Shown piece by piece: positions 1 to 9,774 of a stretch of DNA of 40,887 nucleotides (position 1 is the stretch's first letter; every line of letters begins with the position of its first letter). The stretch covers positions 1 through 40,887 of the forward strand of contig JBGANF010000071.1 in NCBI GenBank assembly GCA_044222475.1, read 5' to 3'. Both the position numbers and the translations under genes were made by a program. The notes under the pieces are model-generated. The model had not been told where the DNA came from, ran no database searches, and saw nothing but the letters and a program-made list of their open reading frames with translations. The stretch comes from Polyangiaceae bacterium. GTDB taxonomy: Bacteria; Myxococcota_A; Polyangia; Polyangiales; Polyangiaceae.

Positions 1-284
1 TGACCGCGTGGGGTGAGGGTGCGTAGCACCCGAGGGCGATGCAATCGCCCTTTGTTAAGTGAACTAGGCCGGCGCGTCGCAACTCACTCCGGATGCAGAG
101 CACCTTTCCAGTTCGCCCGGATCCAGACGCGAAGCACCCCCCGAAGTCTCGACCTCACCTCCGCGCGAAGCCCCGCCAGCGTCTCGCAACTCACTCCCGA
201 TGCGAAGCACCTCCAGAAGTCTCGTCCTTACTCCCGCGCGCAGGACCTCCCGAAGGCCGGTCTCACGCTCGCACGCAGCGTGTC
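1..284 (+). repeat. Dispersed structured intergenic repeat, copy 1 (hairpin head + ~36 bp degenerate tandem units); 5' end probably cut by the window edge
   Basis: 1-104 is near-identical to the reverse complement of 25882-25985. Hairpins GGGTGC-GTA-GCACCC (17-31) and AGGGCGAT-GCA-ATCGCCCT (33-51). GCGAAGC-like cores at ~95,129,165,202,238,273. Confidence 0.85.
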
Positions 285-1643
285 TTAGCGTCCCGCCTCG
301 CGTTCCTCTGCGAGGACTCTTTCAATCGTTCTCGTCGTCATCTGGCCGTCGATCACTTCCTGATCGGCCAGCAGGATCTTGTGAAGCGAGATGTTCGTCC
401 GGATGCCTCCGACGATGAACTCGTCGAGCGCGCGCCTCATGCGCACGATCGCCTCCGCTCGCGTCGGCGCGTGGACGATGAGCTTCGCGATCAGCGAGTC
501 GTAGTCCGACGGCACGCGCCACCCACCGTAGACGCCGCTGTCGACGCGGACGCCGGCGCCACCCGCCGGGTGGTACTCGGTGATGAGGCCGGGCCACGGC
601 GCGAACGTCTTGGGATCCTCGGCGTTGATTCGGCACTCGATCGCGTGGCCGCGGAAGCTCCAAGGACGCGTGTCGGGCAGCTCGATCTTCTCCCCCGCGG
701 CGACGCGGATCTGCAGCGCGACGAGATCGAGCCCCGTCACCATCTCGGTCACCGGGTGCTCCACCTGGACGCGGGTGTTCATCTCCAGGAACGAGAGCTT
801 CTTGTCCTCGTCCATGATGAACTCGAGCGTGCCGAGCGACGTGTAGCCGGTCTCACGGATGGCCTTGCGGATGACCTCGCCGACCTCCTGACGGGTCTCG
901 GCCGACATGACCGGGCTCGGCGCTTCTTCGATGATCTTCTGGTGCCGCCGCTGGAGCGAGCACTCGCGCTCGCCGAGGGTCCACACGCCGCCGTGCTTGT
1001 CGGCGAGGACCTGGAACTCGATGTGCTTCGGCTTCTCGATGAACTTCTCGAGGTAGACGTCGGGGTTCTTGAACCCGGTTTCGGCCTCGCGGCGCGCGGA
1101 GAGGAAGGCCGACTCCATGTCGGCCGCCTTGCGGACGATGCGCATCCCGCGCCCGCCGCCGCCGCCCGACGCCTTCAGGATGATCGGAAACCCGATCCGT
1201 CGCGCTTCCTCGAGCGCGTGGTCGACGTCGCGGAGCACCGGGCTTCCGGGGTTGAGCGGGAGCCCGAACCGCTCCGCGTTCTTTCGCGCCGTCACCTTGT
1301 CGCCCCAGGCGAGCATCGCCTCGGGCGAGGGGCCGATGAACGTGATCTTGCACTTCGCGCAGATGCGCGCGAACTCCGCGTTCTCGGAGAGGAAGCCGTA
1401 GCCCGGGTGGATGGCATCGGCCGCGCTGATCTCGGCAGCGCTGATGATCGCGGGGATGTTGAGGTAGCTCCGCGATGCGAGGGCCGGGCCGATGCACACC
1501 GCTTCGTCGGCGAAGCGAACGTGGAGCGCGCCCGCGTCCGCCTCGGAGTGCACCGCGACCGAGCGGATGCCGAGCTCCTTGCACGCGCGGATGATGCGGA
1601 GCGCGATCTCGCCGCGGTTCGCGATCAGGATCTTCTTGAACAC
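285..1643 (-). CDS. accC: Acetyl-CoA carboxylase, biotin carboxylase subunit
   Basis: [62 protein letters not shown]; adjacent to accB. Confidence 0.97.
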   Translation of the reverse strand: MFKKILIANRGEIALRIIRACKELGIRSVAVHSEADAGALHVRFADEAVCIGPALASRSYLNIPAIISAAEISAADAIHPGYGFLSENAEFARICAKCKITFIGPSPEAMLAWGDKVTARKNAERFGLPLNPGSPVLRDVDHALEEARRIGFPIILKASGGGGGRGMRIVRKAADMESAFLSARREAETGFKNPDVYLEKFIEKPKHIEFQVLADKHGGVWTLGERECSLQRRHQKIIEEAPSPVMSAETRQEVGEVIRKAIRETGYTSLGTLEFIMDEDKKLSFLEMNTRVQVEHPVTEMVTGLDLVALQIRVAAGEKIELPDTRPWSFRGHAIECRINAEDPKTFAPWPGLITEYHPAGGAGVRVDSGVYGGWRVPSDYDSLIAKLIVHAPTRAEAIVRMRRALDEFIVGGIRTNISLHKILLADQEVIDGQMTTRTIERVLAEEREAGR

Positions 1644-1645
1644 CC

Positions 1646-2089
1646 TCAGGCCTTCTTGACGCGGAAGAGCTTCTGCCCGAACTCGACGGCCTTGCCATTC
1701 TGGGCAAAGACCTCGACGATCGTGCCCGAGCAGTCGGCCTCGATCTCGTTCATGAGCTTCATCGCTTCGATGATGCAGAGCGTTTGGCCGGGGCGGATGA
1801 CCGAGCCGACCTCCACGAACGTCGGCGCGTCCGGGCTCGGAGCGCGGTAGAACGTGCCGACGAACGGGCTCGTCACGTCGACGGTGTCGGCGGGGGCCGC
1901 CGCCTCGAGCGCTGCCTTCGACGGAGCGCCGGCGGGAACGGCGACGGGCAGGCCCGCGGGCGCGACGGCGACGCGGGCTCCGCGAACGATCTTGATGCGT
2001 GCCGCCTCGTCTTCATGCTCGAACTCGGCGATGTCCTTCTCGATCAAGAGGTCGAGCAGCGAGCGGAGCTTTTCCGGATCCAGGTTCAC
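1646..2089 (-). CDS. accB: Biotin carboxyl carrier protein
   Basis: [13 protein letters not shown] and biotinylation motif EAMKLMNEI; Ala/Pro linker; RBS GGGAG upstream. Confidence 0.96.
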   Translation of the reverse strand: MNLDPEKLRSLLDLLIEKDIAEFEHEDEAARIKIVRGARVAVAPAGLPVAVPAGAPSKAALEAAAPADTVDVTSPFVGTFYRAPSPDAPTFVEVGSVIRPGQTLCIIEAMKLMNEIEADCSGTIVEVFAQNGKAVEFGQKLFRVKKA

Positions 2090-2158
2090 GAGACGATCTC
2101 CCTTCGGTCGCCGCGCACTCTAGTACAAAGGTCCCACGGCGTGGACAGAGCCTTTTGC

Positions 2159-2173
2159 TTACGCACTGCGTAA
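2159..2173. promoter_or_regulatory. Perfect 7-1-7 palindrome upstream of accB, possible operator
   Basis: TTACGCA-C-TGCGTAA in the aroQ-accB spacer. Confidence 0.3.
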
Positions 2174-2181
2174 AGGTCGAC

Positions 2182-2628
2182 TCAGGTGCGGCTGCGCTCG
2201 AGCCACCCCACGAGCGCGCGGAGCGCGAGGAGGTAGCTCTCCCCCCGGAAGCCGGCGACTTTCCCGATGCACGCCGGCGCGAGGAGCGACGTGCGCCGAA
2301 ACGGCTCTCGCGCCTCGGGGTTGGAGAGGTGGACCTCGACGGTGGGGAGCGCGACCGACGCGATCGCGTCGTAGAGAGCGAGCGACGTGTGGGTGAGGGC
2401 CGCGCCGTTGACGAGCAGCCCGTCGAATTTCCCGCGCGCATCACCGATCCAATCGAGGAGCTCGCCCTCGTGGTTCGACTGACGTGCGGTCACCTTCGCG
2501 CCGAGCTCCTTTCCGAGCGCCCCGAGGCGCCGGTGGATCTGGGCGAGGGTCTCGGCTCCGTAGATCGCCGGTTCGCGCGTCCCGAGCAGCTGGAGGTTGG
2601 GCCCGGACAGACAGAGAACGCGAATCAC
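2182..2628 (-). CDS. aroQ: Type II 3-dehydroquinate dehydratase
   Basis: GPNLQLLGTREPAIYG, QSNHEGELLDWI, THTSLAL, VEVHLSN, REPFRRTS. The GTG start at 2628 overlaps the upstream stop (GTGA); the ORF-track start at 3183 is over-extended. Confidence 0.95.
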   Translation of the reverse strand: MIRVLCLSGPNLQLLGTREPAIYGAETLAQIHRRLGALGKELGAKVTARQSNHEGELLDWIGDARGKFDGLLVNGAALTHTSLALYDAIASVALPTVEVHLSNPEAREPFRRTSLLAPACIGKVAGFRGESYLLALRALVGWLERSRT

Positions 2629-2981
2629 AGCTCGGCGGCGAGCTTGGGAACGGCGGTGCGCATCATGAAGCGCCCCTTTCCGAAGTTCCCGTCCGGGCTC
2701 ATCGTGAGCGCGAGGAAGTACGAGTCGCCGACCATGCGGATGAGGGTGATCATCTTCTCGGTCGCGACGGCCATCTCTCGAGCTTCGCCCGCTTCCAGCA
2801 TCTCGGACGCGCGCTTGATCGCGCCGATGACGACGCTGAACTCGACGCCGATGGTGTCGATGTCGAACGGGGCGCCTTCTTTGGCGTAGCTCTCGAGGGC
2901 GATGCCGCTCGAGTCCATGAGAAGGCTCGCCAGACCGCCGTCGACCTTCTCGACGAGCTCCTGCAGGGATTCTTTGAACAT
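2625..2981 (-). CDS. mglC: Roadblock/LC7 protein, MglC-like motility polarity regulator
   Basis: 118 aa roadblock pattern with C-terminal YFLAL..DGNFGKGRF..R...PKL.AEL, matching Myxococcus MglC as I recall it; located next to accB/accC like the M. xanthus locus. Confidence 0.8.
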   Translation of the reverse strand: MFKESLQELVEKVDGGLASLLMDSSGIALESYAKEGAPFDIDTIGVEFSVVIGAIKRASEMLEAGEAREMAVATEKMITLIRMVGDSYFLALTMSPDGNFGKGRFMMRTAVPKLAAEL

Positions 2982-3089
2982 GCAGGTTCAAGGGTACGGG
3001 GCCGCGTGTCGTCCGGTCAACTTCCCTCTGCCGCCGTCCTTTCTCGCCTTGCTCTCGCTGCCCTCGCTGCACTACCGTCCCCGGCCGAG

Positions 3090-4496
3090 ATGCGTGCGAA
3101 AGCCGGGGACGCACCCCGCACGATGGCGCAGAAGATCGTCGTCTCACGCGCCGGGGGCGGAGGCGTCTCCGAGCGCGACTCACGGGATGTGGAGCTGGCG
3201 GTCGACCAGATCGCCCTCGCCGCGCGCCCGGACTTGGTGCGCGCGCTCGTTCGGAGCGAGGGCGGCGTCCCGCGGCGGTCGGCCGTCGAAGCGGTCGTCG
3301 TCTACGAGCCGTGGAGCGTCGGGGTGGCCGGCGACGCCGACCCGCGGGCGGCCGCCATCGAGTGGCTCGGGCTCGGTGCGCAGGTGGCGCGGGCCGGGGT
3401 CGGGTTCGCCGGTCCCGTGCACCTCGAGCGCTTCGCCAGCCCGGCTCGGCTCGTCGTCACCGACGACCCGCGCCTCGCGTGCATCGGCGGAGTCGGCGCG
3501 CTCGCGCTCGTGCTGCCGCCCGAGGCACTGGCGGCGTCGATCGTCGAGGGACGCATCCGCACGCGCGCGCCCCGCAGCGTCCACGTCGTCCTCACCGGGC
3601 GCACGCGTCCGTTCGTCGGCGCGAACGACGTCGCGCTCGAGCTGCTGCGCCGCGGCGTCGCGGACGTCGTCCGAAAGACCGCCGCCGAGCACGGGGGCGC
3701 GCCCGTCGTCCTCGAGTTCGGCGGAGCGAGCACGCGGCTCCTCTCGGTCGGAGACCGCGCCGTGCTGTGCGGCGCCGCTCGCTCCCTCGGCGCTGCCGGT
3801 GCGCTCTTCGCGAGTGACGAACGGACGGAGGTCTTTCTCCGCGACCAACGGCGATCGAAGGCGCATCGCACGCTCGTCCCCGATCCGGGCGCGCCGTTCG
3901 ACGAGGTCATCGCGATCGATCTCGCTGCGGTCGATCCGCTCCTCCTCGACGACAAGGGGACCGTGCGCGCCGTGCGGGACTATCACGGCCGCCGCGTGTC
4001 GCAGGTGATCCTGGGCGCCGGCGGCGTGACCCTCCGCGATCTCCTGTCGGTGGCGGCGCTGCTCAAGTCGAAGCGCTGTCCGCCCGCGGTCGATCTCCTC
4101 GTCGCGGTGCCCACGCGCCAGATGCTCGAGGTGCTCGCGACCGAGGGCGCGCTCGCCGACCTCATCGCGACCGGCGCGCGGTTCGTCGAGCCCGATCGCA
4201 GGATCCTCGAGGGGACGCTGTACGCGCCGCTCGCCGCCGGCGAGAGCGTGCGCACCGCGCCGGTCGACGAGGGCCTTCCGCGCCGTCCGGTGATCGTGTC
4301 CGCGGAGACGCTCGCCTTCGCCGCGGCGACAGGCGAGATCGCCGACCCGCGCGGCTTCAAGCGACCGGTGCGCGTCAGCGTTCCGCGCGTCCTGCCTACC
4401 GACGACGTGCTGGTCGTGCGCGACAAGAAAGCGCTCGACGCGCTCACGCGCGCGTCGATCCCCCGCGACACCCCTTCGCGTCGCGCGCTCCGCTAG
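3090..4496 (+). CDS. Aconitase/LeuC large-domain homolog lacking Fe-S cysteines (predicted pseudoenzyme)
   Basis: TMAQKI, VHLERFASP, VLEFGG, LSVGDRAVLC, FASDERT, FDEVIAIDL, GALADLIATGARF and SAETLAFAAATGEIADPR follow the aconitase order. The SCTN, CGPC and DSHT motifs are absent. Start 3090 or 3123. Confidence 0.8.
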   Translation: MRAKAGDAPRTMAQKIVVSRAGGGGVSERDSRDVELAVDQIALAARPDLVRALVRSEGGVPRRSAVEAVVVYEPWSVGVAGDADPRAAAIEWLGLGAQVARAGVGFAGPVHLERFASPARLVVTDDPRLACIGGVGALALVLPPEALAASIVEGRIRTRAPRSVHVVLTGRTRPFVGANDVALELLRRGVADVVRKTAAEHGGAPVVLEFGGASTRLLSVGDRAVLCGAARSLGAAGALFASDERTEVFLRDQRRSKAHRTLVPDPGAPFDEVIAIDLAAVDPLLLDDKGTVRAVRDYHGRRVSQVILGAGGVTLRDLLSVAALLKSKRCPPAVDLLVAVPTRQMLEVLATEGALADLIATGARFVEPDRRILEGTLYAPLAAGESVRTAPVDEGLPRRPVIVSAETLAFAAATGEIADPRGFKRPVRVSVPRVLPTDDVLVVRDKKALDALTRASIPRDTPSRRALR

Positions 4497-4503
4497 AGCG
4501 CTC

Positions 4504-4806
4504 TCAGCGATACGGGTTCTTCTCGCGGACCGGCAGGAGCTTCGCCGCCCCGCCGACGAGGACGCGGTCACCGGCGAGCTTCACCGTGGCGTTCGCGGTG
4601 CGGTGCACGGCCTCGTGCGGGCCGAGCATGATCACGAGGCGATCGAGGTCGCTCCCGCCGCAATCGACCCCGACGAGGTGGCCACGCACATCCAGCAAAA
4701 GTTGCGCTTTGACGTCGCCGCTGCGCGGAAGAGCTTCGCAACGTACGACGAACGAGTCCGAAGAAGCCTCGTAGCTCGTCGAGTGAGCCTCGTGATCGCG
4801 GAACAT
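4504..4806 (-). CDS. Hypothetical protein (~100 aa)
   Basis: Non-low-complexity ORF that fills the gap between flanking genes; ATG at 4806. Confidence 0.55.
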   Translation of the reverse strand: MFRDHEAHSTSYEASSDSFVVRCEALPRSGDVKAQLLLDVRGHLVGVDCGGSDLDRLVIMLGPHEAVHRTANATVKLAGDRVLVGGAAKLLPVREKNPYR

Positions 4807-4855
4807 CGTGGAGAGGGTAGCACTCCGGCTCGACCTCCGCGTATCATCGCCTCCG

Positions 4856-6229
4856 ATGACCAAGGGACGGCTCACACGGCAGGAGCTTGGTTGGTTGCTC
4901 ACCCAAGAGGCCCAAGGCGCTGCGGAGCGTCTGCGCGTGGGCGTTCAGGTGTTGAAGACCAACCCGCCGCCCGCCGTCCCGGTCGGGACCGTCGAGCTGG
5001 AAGGGTCGGGGCTCGACGCGACCCTCGACGCGCTCGACGACACGATGAAGATGCTGTCGTCGCTCCACCACAAGCCGCTGCGCGTCACGGGGCGTCGGGG
5101 CCGCGTCGATCTCGCCGCGCTGCTCTGGGAGATCGCGCCGGGGGCGCGCGTGTCGATCGAGCCCGGCAGCGGCACCGAGGTCTTCGGTGACGAGGCCGAG
5201 CTCCGCCGCATGCTCCAGCTGCTCGCCGGTCACGGAAGCGGCGTCGAGTCGCAGGTGACGATCCGCCGCGACGGCGACTTCGTGAAGATCGGCGTGGTCC
5301 TCGGCCCCGACAGCAGCGCGACGGCCCAGGTCGAGCGCGCGTGGCTCGAGCGCATGGCGATCCGCTACGGCGGGACGTTCGAGCTCGAAGGCGGGATGGA
5401 GCTCGTGAGCCTCCCCGCCGACTCCGAGCGCGCCGATCGCGAGGCGCTGCAGAAGGAGCTCGACGAAGCGCGCAAGCAAGGCGAAGCCTACGCTCGCGAG
5501 CTCGCTGCGACGTTCTCGTCGGCCGACGAAGCCGTGACGCCGTCCACGTTTCCCCCGGCGCTCTCCGGGAGCGACGTCGCGGAGCGCGTGGCGGTGCTCG
5601 CACGCTTCTCCGCCGGCGTCGCGGCGGAGCTGCGCTCGCTCGTGGGCAGCGCGGCGAAGAAGGGCGAAGGGGACGCGGAGCAACGGCGCGCTCTCCACGC
5701 GGTCAACGACCTCGCGACGCTGCTCGACACCATCGGCGAGGTCGACCCGATGGAGCTCCCCGGTCCGGTGGACGTGCGCGAGCTCGTGAAGAGCGAGATC
5801 GCCGAGCGGCGTCCGCGCGCGGAGCGCGACTCCATTCGGCTCGAGCTCACCGACGAGACCGGAGGCGGCGACTACTTCGCGCGCGGTCCGGCGCGCGCGC
5901 TCGCGCTCATCGTCGAGGAGGTGCTCCGTCACGCGCTCGCGGCAGCGCCTCGCGACACCGCAGTAGAGATCAAGCTCAAGCGGATCCCGCACGAGCGGCA
6001 GGCGGACGTGTACTTGGCCCGCATCGAGATCGAGGACTCGGGACCAGCGCTCCCGGCCACGTCACGGCGCGCGTTCGTAGGGCTCGAGCTCGAGCCGGGC
6101 ACGTGCGGGCGCCCGAGCGCGTTGCCGCTGTACGTCGCTGCCGCGCTCTCGTCGTGGGCTGGCGCCTCCTTCGAGATCGGCGACGGCGTGCGCGGAGGCT
6201 TCCGCGTGAGCCTGACGCTCGCGCGCTGA
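4856..6229 (+). CDS. Degenerate histidine-kinase-like protein (two HisKA/HATPase-like halves, no phospho-His)
   Basis: VDLAALL...VFGDEAELRRML; FSAGVAAELRSL (H-box position = A); PVDVRELV; VEEVLRHAL; IEIEDSGPAL; directly upstream of a receiver gene. Confidence 0.7.
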   Translation: MTKGRLTRQELGWLLTQEAQGAAERLRVGVQVLKTNPPPAVPVGTVELEGSGLDATLDALDDTMKMLSSLHHKPLRVTGRRGRVDLAALLWEIAPGARVSIEPGSGTEVFGDEAELRRMLQLLAGHGSGVESQVTIRRDGDFVKIGVVLGPDSSATAQVERAWLERMAIRYGGTFELEGGMELVSLPADSERADREALQKELDEARKQGEAYARELAATFSSADEAVTPSTFPPALSGSDVAERVAVLARFSAGVAAELRSLVGSAAKKGEGDAEQRRALHAVNDLATLLDTIGEVDPMELPGPVDVRELVKSEIAERRPRAERDSIRLELTDETGGGDYFARGPARALALIVEEVLRHALAAAPRDTAVEIKLKRIPHERQADVYLARIEIEDSGPALPATSRRAFVGLELEPGTCGRPSALPLYVAAALSSWAGASFEIGDGVRGGFRVSLTLAR

Positions 6230-6265
6230 CGCTCCAAAACGGCGTTTTCCCCCCTGACCGCTCTT

Positions 6266-6274
6266 TGCTAGACT
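6266..6274 (+). promoter_or_regulatory. Possible extended -10 promoter of the response regulator
   Basis: TGC-TAGACT ends 9 nt before ATG 6284; no SD visible. Confidence 0.3.
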
Positions 6275-6283
6275 GGCCCGCCC

Positions 6284-6649
6284 ATGCGGATCCTCATCGT
6301 CGAAGACTCGGACTCCATTCGGCGGATGATCGAAGCGCTCTTCACCGCGCGGGGTCACGAGGTGGTCGCAGTGCCGACCGGGGCGAAAGGGATCGAAGCG
6401 GCGCGCGCCCGCATCCCTGACGTGATCCTGCTCGACCTGAACCTTCCGGGGTCGTTCGACGGCTTCGACGTCTGCGTCCGCCTGCGGGCCGAAGACGCGA
6501 CGAAGAAGATTCCGATCGTCATCATCAGCGCGATGGACGACGCCGCGTCGAAGGAGCGCGCGCATCGCAGCGGTGCGACGGCCTATTTCACCAAGCCCTT
6601 CAGCCCGACCGCGCTCCTGAAGGAGATCGAGTCGCTCAAGGGTCGCTGA
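6284..6649 (+). CDS. Single-domain (CheY-like) response regulator
   Basis: ILIVEDS, ILLDLNLP (phospho-Asp), IPIVIISA, YFTKPF. Confidence 0.93.
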   Translation: MRILIVEDSDSIRRMIEALFTARGHEVVAVPTGAKGIEAARARIPDVILLDLNLPGSFDGFDVCVRLRAEDATKKIPIVIISAMDDAASKERAHRSGATAYFTKPFSPTALLKEIESLKGR

Positions 6650-6803
6650 GGGGGAGGGCCTGGTCTCGGGGTCCCCAACGTCAGGGGCTTCGCCCCCGAC
6701 ACCCCCACAGACGAGACTCGAAACTCTCCGGCTGAAGCCGGAGAGCTTTCTCGGTTGGGGGCCCGCCCCCAACGGCCCCGGTCACCAGAAGATCTCGCAA
6801 CCC
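6650..6803. repeat. REP/BIME-like multi-hairpin element between convergent genes
   Basis: GGGGC-TTC-GCCCC (6684-6696), CTCTCCGGC-TGAA-GCCGGAGAG (6724-6745), GTTGGGGG-CCCG-CCCCCAAC (6754-6773). Confidence 0.65.
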
Positions 6804-7187
6804 TCAGAGAAGGTTCAGGTACTTCTTCGCTCGCGTGGCGGAGGCTTCCTCGATCGCCTTCGCCTCGGCGTCGGGGATGTGGAGCCGCTTCGCGAGCTCT
6901 CCGAGGAACGCGCGCTCGGCGTCGTCCTGATCGCCGTCGGCGAACGTGAGGAGCACCGCGTGGTGGAGGAGCACGCGCCGGTCGTCGGCGGAGAGCTCCT
7001 GGAGGTTGATGTCGTCGATGGATCGCTTTTCGGCGGCGAACGCGTTGATCTGCGCGCGCTCCACGTCGTCGGCTCCGAAGGCGTCGAGGAGCGCGTCGAG
7101 CGTCTCCTTCTCGCGCTCCGCGAACACTCCGTCTGCCCAGGCGACCGGCACTAGGGCGCGTACGATGGCGAAGTCCTGCTCGTGCAT
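6804..7187 (-). CDS. TerB-family (tellurite resistance-like) protein
   Basis: VAWADGVFAEREKE and FADGDQDDAERAFLGELAKRL, the duplicated ADG..E motifs of TerB. Confidence 0.8.
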   Translation of the reverse strand: MHEQDFAIVRALVPVAWADGVFAEREKETLDALLDAFGADDVERAQINAFAAEKRSIDDINLQELSADDRRVLLHHAVLLTFADGDQDDAERAFLGELAKRLHIPDAEAKAIEEASATRAKKYLNLL

Positions 7188-7226
7188 GGATCCGACGCTA
7201 CCAAAGGGCGAGCGCAAGGGAATCGA

Positions 7227-8996
7227 TTATTTTGCGGTGAGCTTGGCGACCCGCAGGTTCGGCTTGCCGCCCGGATCGGGCACGAAGCTCTTCGCTTCGA
7301 CGTGGTACCGCGCGCGTTTGGTGCCGATCGCGACGAGGACGTCCGCGTCGGAGTCGCACTGGACGAAGTCCTCGATCGAGGCGTCCGGACCGAGGCCGAC
7401 GAGGACCCAGAGCTCCGCACCCTTCGGCGTCGTGATGATGTGCACGATGCCGGGGTTGCCCTTGCCGCCGACCTCGCTCCCCGGCTCGACGGGGGGCCAC
7501 GGATCGACGGCGCCGGGCTTGGCCTTCGACTTGTCGAGCTGCACCGCGAGCTCGTACCGCGGGCGACCGCCGGAGCTGTCCCAGGTGGTCGGTGGGACGA
7601 CGGCGCGCTTCGGCGCGTAGCCATCGGCCAGCGCGACGAACTCGAGCCGCGTGCCGGCGGGCATGTGGTCCGCGTCGGCTGGGCCTTGACCCACGCGGAG
7701 GAGGATCTCGGAGTCCTTCGGTGCACCTTCGACGACGAGCGTCGCGCGGCACTGGCCCGTCTTCGGCAGAGCCGCGAGGCGCGCGCTCTCCGCTTCGGCG
7801 GCGAGTCGCTCGGCTTCGACCTTCTCGGGGGTGCGGCCGGTGAGGAACCCCGGCTTCATCGTCCAGAGCACGACCGCGAGGATCAAGAGGAGCACGAGGA
7901 GCGCGATCACCAGGTTGCGGTCGCGCGTCGACTTGGGGGGTTTGAACTCCGACGAGATCGATGCGCCCCTCCGGACCTGGGTCGGCGCGGTCGGGAGCTG
8001 GCGATCGTCGGCGAGCGACGGCGCGCGTTCGCGCGGCTTCGCATCGCGACCGGGGAGAGAAGGGCGGCGCTTCGACGGACGCGTCTCGGGCTTGGTGTCG
8101 GGCTTGGCAGGGAGCGGGGCCGGCTTCACCCGGCGCGACGGCATCGAGGCTTCGAGCAGCGACTCGATTCCGTCGTCGGTCGTCGGGGGTGGGGGCGTCG
8201 GATCGAGCCCGGCGATCGCCTTGAGCTCGCGCGAAACCGCCTTCTCTTCGCTTCCGGAGACCTCGAACTTGTCGAGCAGGCTGTCGACCGAGTCGCGCTT
8301 GGTGTTGGCGCGAACGGCCTCCAGCTCGTCCTTGGCGATGCCGACGGTCGGCAGCTCGCTCATGCTCACCGGTTCCTCGCGCGGAGGGGGCGACTCCTCG
8401 GAGCTCGCGTCGAGCATCTCGGCCGGCACTTCGCGGCGCGCGGTCGTCGGTACCTCTTCCGCGTCGAACGACGCGGACGGCGCGGGAGGCCGCTCGGACC
8501 GCGGTTCGTTTCGGGCGATTCCAGCCGACGAGTCTCGTGACGGCGGCGACGCGTTGCGCCCGACGCGCAGCGTGACGCGCTTGGTCTCGCGGGCGAGCCG
8601 CGCGAGGGCGCGGCGACCCGCGCTGCGGTTCACCGGGATGAGCGCTGCTTCGAGCTCCTCGACGAGCGTCTCCACCGTGGTGCCGGGAGCAGGGCGCTTG
8701 GCCACCGAGAGGAGCGACGCCGTGTGCGTGCCGCTCGCCTCGAGCAGCTTCGCGAGGAGCCGTCGCAGGTACGCTTGCGTGTCACCCGTGCCGCCTCGCG
8801 GCTTGACGACGGCGACCGTTCCTTCTTCGCCGACGTGGATGCGTGCGGCATCGAGCTCGCCCACCGAGTCGTCGACGCTCTCGGCGACCTCGAGCACGAG
8901 GTAGCCCGCGAGCTCCGGCGCGAGCGGTGCGCGCCGCGCCGTGACGACGGCGAAGATCTCTTCGACCGTGACCGAGGCGTCGAGCGGCTCCGTCAC
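7227..8996 (-). CDS. Bitopic membrane protein: kinase-remnant-like N-terminus, Pro/Ser-rich linker, TM helix, PEGA-like C-terminus
   Basis: [62 protein letters not shown] start overlaps the hisF stop. Confidence 0.7.
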   Translation of the reverse strand: MTEPLDASVTVEEIFAVVTARRAPLAPELAGYLVLEVAESVDDSVGELDAARIHVGEEGTVAVVKPRGGTGDTQAYLRRLLAKLLEASGTHTASLLSVAKRPAPGTTVETLVEELEAALIPVNRSAGRRALARLARETKRVTLRVGRNASPPSRDSSAGIARNEPRSERPPAPSASFDAEEVPTTARREVPAEMLDASSEESPPPREEPVSMSELPTVGIAKDELEAVRANTKRDSVDSLLDKFEVSGSEEKAVSRELKAIAGLDPTPPPPTTDDGIESLLEASMPSRRVKPAPLPAKPDTKPETRPSKRRPSLPGRDAKPRERAPSLADDRQLPTAPTQVRRGASISSEFKPPKSTRDRNLVIALLVLLLILAVVLWTMKPGFLTGRTPEKVEAERLAAEAESARLAALPKTGQCRATLVVEGAPKDSEILLRVGQGPADADHMPAGTRLEFVALADGYAPKRAVVPPTTWDSSGGRPRYELAVQLDKSKAKPGAVDPWPPVEPGSEVGGKGNPGIVHIITTPKGAELWVLVGLGPDASIEDFVQCDSDADVLVAIGTKRARYHVEAKSFVPDPGGKPNLRVAKLTAK

Positions 8997-9772
8997 GCCG
9001 CCCTCGCGGGAAGGCGCACGGGGATGCCTTCGGCGGCGAGGTATCGTTTCACCTCGAGGATGGAGTGCAGGCCGTCGTGGAAGATCGACGCGGCGAGAGC
9101 GGCGGCGACGTGCGCGTGGAGAAACCCGTCGCGCAGGTGCGCCAGCTCACCGACTCCGCCGCTCGCGATGACGGGGATGCCGACGCGATCCGTGATCGCG
9201 CGGAGCAGCTCCACGTCGTAGCCGTCGCGGCGACCATCACGATCCATGCTCGTAACCAATAGCTCTCCCGCGCCGGCGCTGGCTACTTTCTCGGCCCAAG
9301 CGACGGCGTCGAGCCCGGTCGGGGTGCGACCGCCGTCGACGTGGACCTCCCATCGGCGCTCGGGGGTAGCGCTCCGCTTCGCGTCGATCGCGATCACGAT
9401 CGCCTGCGCGCCGAAGCGCTCCGAGCAGCGCGTCGTCAGGCTCGGATCGCGCACCGCTGCGCTGTTGATGCTCACCTTGTCGGCGCCTGCTTGGAGCAAC
9501 GCGCGAACGTCGGCCTCGGAGCGGACGCCGCCGCCGACCGTCAGCGGAGTGTGGGTCACCTCGGCGGTGCGCTCCACGACGTCGAGCAGCGTGCCGCGGC
9601 CCTCGTTCGTCGCCGCGATGTCGAGGAACGCGATCTCGTCGGCGCCGCCCTCGTCGTAGCGTCGAGCGCACTCGACCGGATCACCCGCGTCGCGGAGGTT
9701 CTGGAAGCCGACGCCCTTGACGACCCGGCCCGCTTTCACGTCGAGGCAAGGGATGATGCGGCGTGCGAGCAT
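8993..9772 (-). CDS. hisF: Imidazole glycerol phosphate synthase cyclase subunit
   Basis: [58 protein letters not shown]; true ATG at 9772. Confidence 0.97.
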   Translation of the reverse strand: MLARRIIPCLDVKAGRVVKGVGFQNLRDAGDPVECARRYDEGGADEIAFLDIAATNEGRGTLLDVVERTAEVTHTPLTVGGGVRSEADVRALLQAGADKVSINSAAVRDPSLTTRCSERFGAQAIVIAIDAKRSATPERRWEVHVDGGRTPTGLDAVAWAEKVASAGAGELLVTSMDRDGRRDGYDVELLRAITDRVGIPVIASGGVGELAHLRDGFLHAHVAAALAASIFHDGLHSILEVKRYLAAEGIPVRLPARAA

Positions 9773-9774
9773 GC

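Noticed and set aside
13..288. 91 aa ORF (and similar 90 aa ORF at 25701-25973) as a duplicated small protein
   Set aside because: These are translations of the non-coding repeat. They diverge in frame after the head and show no coding signature.
6804..7187. Ter stress/anti-phage island
   Set aside because: It is a lone TerB-like gene with no other ter or defence genes nearby.
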